This document shows positions 58,043 to 64,000 of a stretch of DNA of 64,000 nucleotides, piece after piece; position 1 is the stretch's first letter; every line of letters begins with the position of its first letter. The position numbers and the translations under genes are program-made. This stretch comes from the human T2T-CHM13v2.0 reference genome, Homo sapiens, in the NCBI RefSeq assembly GCF_009914755.1, contig NC_060930.1, one strand, 5' to 3'. Under the pieces are notes generated by a model that was not told where the DNA came from, made no database searches, and saw only the letters and a program-made list of their open reading frames with translations.

Positions 58043-58166
58043 AAATTTTAGATTTATTTTTTGCTTGTTAAAAATCCTCAATGAGTTTGTAATTTCCTTT
58101 GAGGGTAGGGATTATCTTGTGTTTATTTATTTCCACAGGGCTGCATACAGTGTTCAGCATAAAACA

Positions 58167-58230
58167 AGGCTTCAAATTAGAAAGAAGTATAACTCTTCAG
58201 GCTTTAAATTAGAAAGAAGTATAACTCTTC
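58167..58230 (+). repeat. 32-bp tandem duplication (2 copies, 1 mismatch)
   Basis: aggctt(c/t)aaattagaaagaagtataactcttc x2. Confidence 0.97.
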
Positions 58231-58488
58231 GCAATTTACTTATTCCTGAAAATTGTATAAAATGTTTGCTAACAAATTAATACTGTAAAATTAAATCAAG
58301 CAATGGTTGAAATATTTGGTGACCAAAAGATACGCTAATATCTTAGAAATATTATTTTATACAATGCCTATGTTAAGTGCAAGCGGTTCTTATTTATTTC
58401 TATAGTGGTTTTCTGCATATCACTTCTCTACTAATCTCCTCACATTAACTTTTAAGAAAAGCCTAATAGATTCTCTACTCTTTCTTCT

Positions 58489-59062
58489 CCTTCTATTTTC
58501 CATTGTGAGTGTTATGCCATGCAACCAACCTGATAATATGAATCATAACAGCTCAGGTGAGTTCATATATAACCTTATCTCATGCATGTCATCTCACTTC
58601 ATCTCCTTTCATGCCCTGGCTCAGGTCTTCAACAATACTGCAGTAACCACCTACTGCAGCTCATTCCTTCAGTTTCTAGCCTCCAAGTTAGAAACTTCTT
58701 GGTTCATTTTTCAAAGTGCTACTATTCATCCCTGTAAATCACACCCTGGTCTTGTCTCTGACTTATTAAAATAAATTCAACGATTTTCTACTTCCCATAA
58801 AGTAAAGTACTAAAAACATGACTTCTAACACACATTTCAAGAAAATTACAACATAATGCAAGCCAAGCATTCATGGAAAAGAATGCTAAGATAAAAGTTA
58901 AAAAGATTAGATAGGTAGATAGATATGTAAATAAAATAGATGTGAAGGCATTTCTGTATAATTTTAAGAGATGTTGTTTCTTGTTTTGTAAGGAGGAGTA
59001 GGATGTTTAGCAAGAAAGTGATATGATGCAATTTGAATTTTAGGGGCATTGCTCAGGCTACC
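58489..59062 (+). repeat. Probable donor of the 49260-49821 duplicate
   Basis: Its L2-like 3' portion runs on without a break beyond 59062, whereas the copy stops there. Confidence 0.93.
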
Positions 59063-59480
59063 ATGTACATAAAGGGAGGAAAAAAAGGCACTGGAGGAGA
59101 CATTGGATAGGAGCATATCTCAGTTAAGTTCAGGTAAGAGATGATAAGAGGGTGGAGAGAAGGAGATCGAATCAGCAGCAGAATCAAAGTTACCTAATGA
59201 CTGATTAGAGAAGTAGAGAGAGGAAGCCAAAAAAAAAAAAAACAAAAAAAAAAACAGAAAAGGACTCTGAGGTTACTAGTTTAGATGACAAAGGTATGGT
59301 TTTTACCAGTAACAAAAATGTGAGATATTAGTGGAAGAACAGATTTGGTGGAGTTGGAAATACTGGGTGATTAGTGATGGGGCATGGTAGGAAGAGCAAA
59401 CTGAGCTTAGTTTTGTATTTGTTGGGGTTGACAGTCCGGTAAAACACTCAGAGAAGGTATTTAATGTGGAAGTATTTAGG
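58995..59480 (-). mobile_element. L2 remnant
   Basis: agtgatatgatgcaatttgaatttt...caggtaagagatgat...gaacagatttggtgg resemble antisense L2. Confidence 0.65.
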
Positions 59481-60699
59481 CAATATCCTGTGTGTGCTTT
59501 TTAAAAATCGTTGTGTAGAGCCCAGTAGATTTTCTTTAGTTCTCAGTGTATATTTCTTAAATGAATGAACAACTATGAATGAGGGAATAAATAAGTGAAG
59601 GATTGCACTGAGATAGGCAAAGAGCAGAGAGGGGTTTTTTAATTTAATTTTATTTATTTATTTATTTATTTTTACATCTATTTCATTCTCTAGATGGCTC
59701 AGGAGCACCTCAGGGACAGCAAGGCCCTATGACAGCTCCTTAGCAGTATACCCTGTATTATAACTGTTATCAAGTAGCCATAAGCCTCATTTCATTTATT
59801 TGAGACATGCAAAGGGCTAGCAAAAATGAGATTTTCACTGATGAACTTCAGTTGTCAATATATGTACAAGATCATGCTAAGAGAGGCAAAAAAAGGATTC
59901 TTTGTAAGCTGCCCCTGATGTTCCATGAGCTTAGAAATCTGCCCTTACTTTGCATCTTCTTCACTTCTTCCCAGTCTTTTAAAATTTCATTTACTTTCTT
60001 TGGCTATTATTTTGTCCTTCTCTCTTTGCTTTCCTGTTTATTAACTTTACTTAGTCTTCTTCTGATTCTTCTCATAAATATCACTCATCATATTTTAGAG
60101 ATTGAGAAAACTTGTAGTAAGATTAGCTGGTCTTCGTGGAAAGATTCAAAAGCAGTTTAATTCCATCAAAATGGAGAAAAAGGGATTTTAAATTTGGCAT
60201 AGAGTTACAAGGCATGCAACTTAAATGTGTGTAACATAACTACCATGGAATCTAAGTTTTTTTTAAGTTTTAAAAAATTTCAATAGTGATGGCTTTAATT
60301 ATCTTGTGGTGGGAACTAGGAATTTTGGTCTTTAAAGAGTCTGCTTCAAAAAGATGTATAATATTTCAGATTCATACTCAAGCCTGAAAGAAGAAACAGA
60401 ATGTTTCTAATAGGCTAAATGTTCCAACAACTGATAATAGATGAAGTCATTGTCTTTGATTTTGGCTTGGGAAATAAGTATTATGTCTTGAAACTGGTGT
60501 CTATATTACTAAAATTGATAAATATTTGAAGAACTTAGGAGGAAAATCACTTGGTACATAACCCGCACTCAGTAAATATTTGTTAAATTAATAAATTCAG
60601 CCTCAGAGTACAAGAGTGAATAAATGCTAGCTCTGCCTGACTAAATGATCATAAATTCAGTTAAAGCGGATTCAGAATTAGTATGATTCTTTTTTTCTG

Positions 60700-61870
60700 A
60701 GGTAGTACAGTAAGGTGGAAAAGAACACAGACTTTGGAGAAGAAAAGCCTTTGATTCAAATTACACCTCCAGTTCTTATTAGCTGTGTGACGATAAACTG
60801 TTTAATTTCCCCAAACCTCAGTTTTTTTCTTTCAGGAAAAAGAGACCTTTTAATATCCAGAATCTACAATGAACTCCAACAAATTTACAAGAAAAAAACA
60901 AACAACCCCATCAAAAAGTGGGCAAAGGATATGAATAGACACTTCTCAAAAGAAGACATTTATGCAGCCAAAAGACACATGAAAAATGCTCATCATCACT
61001 GGCCATCAGAGAAATGCACATCAAAATCACAATGAGATACCATCTCACACCACTTAGAATGGCGATCATTAAAAAGTCAGGAAACAACAGGTGCTGGAGA
61101 GGATGTGGAAAAATAGGAACACTTTTACACTGTTGGTGGGACAGTAAACTAGTTCAACCATTGTGGAAGTCAGTGTGGCGATTCCTCGGGGATCTAGAAC
61201 TAGAAATACCATTTGACCCAGCCATCCCATTACTGGGTATATACACAAAGGATTATAAATCATGCTGCTATAAAAACACATGCACACATATGTTTATTGC
61301 GGCACTATTCACAATAGCAAAGACTTGGAACCAACCCAAACGTCCAACAATGATACACTGGATTAAGAAAATGTGGCACATACACACCATGGAATACTAT
61401 GCAGCCATAAAAAAGGATGCATTCATGTCTTTTGTAGGGACATGGATGAAGCTGGAAACCATCATTCTCAGCAAACTATCACAAGGACAAAAAACCAAAC
61501 ACCGCACATTCTCACTCATAGGTGGGAATTGAACAATGAGAACACTTGGACACAGGAAGGGGAACATCACACACCGGGGCCTGTTGTGGGGTGGGGGGAG
61601 GGGGGAGGGATAGCATTTGGAGATATACCTAATATTAAATCATGAGTTAATGGGTGCAGCACACCAACAAGGCACATGTATACATATGTAACTAATCTGC
61701 ACGTTGTGCACATGTACCCTAAAACTTAAAGTATAATAAAAAAAGAAAAGAAAAGAAAAGAAAAGGAGACTGCAGCACCTATGTCTTTGGGTGAGGGTCA
61801 AATATGATAGTGAATTAAATCATTTACACAGTAATGGTCATGTAGTACATGATAACTATTGCTATCATCC
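60700..61870 (+). mobile_element. MIR remnant split by L1PA (~60700-60846 and 61764-61870)
   Basis: acagactttggag...agctgtgtgac...aacctcagtttttttct; resumes gcacctatgtctttgggtgagggtcaaatatgata. Confidence 0.7.
60851..61763 (+). mobile_element. 5'-truncated young L1PA (L1PA3-5-like), ~0.9 kb
   Basis: ORF 61014..61532 is the near-consensus ORF2 C-terminus; 3'UTR G-tract; (GAAAA)n tail; TSD gaaaaagagac / gaaaaggagac. Confidence 0.97.
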
Positions 61871-64000
61871 TAAGCAAAAATGTAAATTTATCACAGTATC
61901 TCACTTCTCTTAAACAATAACAACAGAATAAATTCAAATTTTCTCTTGACAAAGAATGGAGGATACTGTATGCTATTGCCTTTTCAATTGTTAACAAATC
62001 AAAAGTGGTTTGCTTTACACATACTGACTTTCAAGGCTTTTTCTAGGGTACTTGGGGTTAGCATCACATACCTGAATTACTCAGGGGAATTTAAGTCAAA
62101 TAAGAAGATCCTTACTCAGAGACAGCGCAGGTCTACTGATTTCTAGGACCTAGACTGAAGAAAAGTGTCATGTTGAATGAATTTTATGGATGCTATTGAT
62201 GAGCATGGACAGCTAGAAAGTCCTTGAAGAGGGTAGGCAGCATGAGTCATCACTCTCAGAGTGACCTTTTCTGCAAAGGTGGACAACAGGTGTGGGATTC
62301 ATGCAAATAATAGAAAAGGGTGACTCACTGCTTTTTAATTTAGACTACATTAGCGGGTAGGAAGGTTCCAATTCAGAAAAGAGACAAAGCCTCTATTATT
62401 TCTTTGGCAGCTCTTTTTGTTTGTTTTTGAGCCTGCTTATCTCCCAAATTAGATAAAGTAACAGAAATAGAGGGAAGGTTCATAGAGAGGCTTAGATAAG
62501 AGAAATGCCTGTGAAAATTCTGTCTGAAATAGGGCAAAAAGCTTCCCTGACTGAGTGTGATTCACCCTGTTATAAATTGGACAGAAGAAGAAACAGGACA
62601 TATAATAGCTACTTTCTTTTTATTTCAAAAAGACATAGATACATTATTTTTCTTTTTCATCTTATAGTCCACTAATGCTGGAGGTATTTTTTAATATTTG
62701 GAATTTTTCTATCACCTAGCGAATCTACTAAGACTCAATCTCTTCCTAAGCAAGTAAGACTTGAGACATTGTATTTTCCCTTTCAATTTGTTACCTTAAT
62801 TTTGGTAAATAATTGTAAAGACTACAATAGTTAAAATGAGAAGGAATTTAAATGGTAACAGATAATGGCGAGCAATGAAGTGGCACAGTGATGTCTAGAA
62901 AGATTGCATTATTGTGGGAATAACAGAATGAAACTATACAGCACTGCTATGTGACAGCTCAAGTCCAGCGCAGGCTAACAGCAGTAACTAAACATCATAG
63001 GAACACTTTATCCTTCACTAAAAGTATTTAGTGCTTTTAATCAGCTCAAATAAAAGAGTCTCATCACTCCTTGAAAATACATGACAAGAAGGAGCTCTTA
63101 GTTTTTGTAACTGTATATTTTATGGAGAAGATGCAAACACTTTAGAGTTTCCCCCAAGTGTGAAAGTGTTGTCTTTTTAAATAGGCAATTAAAAAAAGGA
63201 AGCCTGGCTTAGTTATGACTATGTAGTTCTCTCTGATTTGTATTTTCTACCAGCAACTTTGTAGTCAGCTGCAATTACAATTTGAAATTGTTTGCTCTTA
63301 TCGTCATCATTTGACCCTTCTTTCTGAACTCAGTCCAGCACTTTTCTTATCGATGTATGAGATACCATAAATTAGAGTTCTAGGAGCCCTTCATTGACTT
63401 GTTTGGAGAGGCTGTTTAAGGGGATTGAGTCTAGTGTGAGTTTCTGGCACCAGCAACTTGGTATGTTATGACTCAGTGCACAGAAATCATAAAAGACTGC
63501 TTCTCTCCCACTGGTCTTAAAAGGAGCTCAAAGTCCATGTTAGAAATAGTCATGCTTCTGAAAAATAAAGAGATTATCAAAATGCAGTAAAAACATAAAG
63601 ACTTACAAATAAAAGTTGGTCTCAAATTTTTAGAATATAGAATTTTCTTATTGTATGAGTAACTACTGCAGTACAGTTTCCCTCAAACTACACACCACAT
63701 AGATATGTTTCCAGAAGTTTTCTGAGAATAGAATCCAACAGAGAAGTTTATCCCAAAGCAAAGCTATCAGTTCATATATTGTTCCAGTTTCCATGCTATA
63801 TTCACTAAATATCCATCTCTAAGGCAATACTTTGCTCCTTGCTGGTAGGATACTAGGAGACCTGAATAGATGAGTAGAAACAAGTTGTTTATAATGATAT
63901 ATTATATGTTGAATACAGCTATGTGCAAATAATTTTAATTTGTAAAAGTTACTATTTTGGGAATTAATAACTGTAGTTTATGGATTCTAAGTATGATAAA

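Noticed and set aside
56946-58081. Two ORFs sharing an identical ~59-aa block
   Set aside because: By-product of the 180-bp duplication; no coding evidence.
49276-58774. Two similar 85-89 aa ORFs suggesting a paralogous gene pair
   Set aside because: GTG starts, partly L2-like sequence, and the frames diverge at an indel. The similarity just reflects the DNA duplication.
59807-60160. 117-aa ORF with a hydrophobic stretch
   Set aside because: Hydrophobicity follows from T-rich sequence; no recognisable homology or exon structure.

Overview
Primate (most likely human) AT-rich, repeat-dense intergenic or deep-intronic DNA. I found no recognisable protein-coding exon, RNA gene or CpG island. 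The long ORFs are L1 ORF2, THE1-internal, Alu or mariner remnants. The window is a layered transposon landscape: ancient L2/MIR/L1M, L1MA/MB, L1PA13-16-like and young L1PA copies (two with 5' inversions), two near full-length THE1 proviruses, several solo LTRs, nine Alu/FLAM elements and a near full-length HSMAR2 mariner nested two levels deep. The most unusual signal is a cluster of non-retrotransposon local duplications that all involve one 1.2-kb segment (57.9-59.1 kb). These are a 180-bp copy with no mismatch I could see and a junction built from fold-back templated pieces, a ~560-bp ~95% identical copy inserted into an L1 9.2 kb away, and a 32-bp tandem duplication. Several small repeat/hairpin scars resembling templated end-joining occur elsewhere. 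I found no new gene system. Subfamily names and boundaries come from recalled consensus sequences read by eye and need RepeatMasker/Dfam confirmation.
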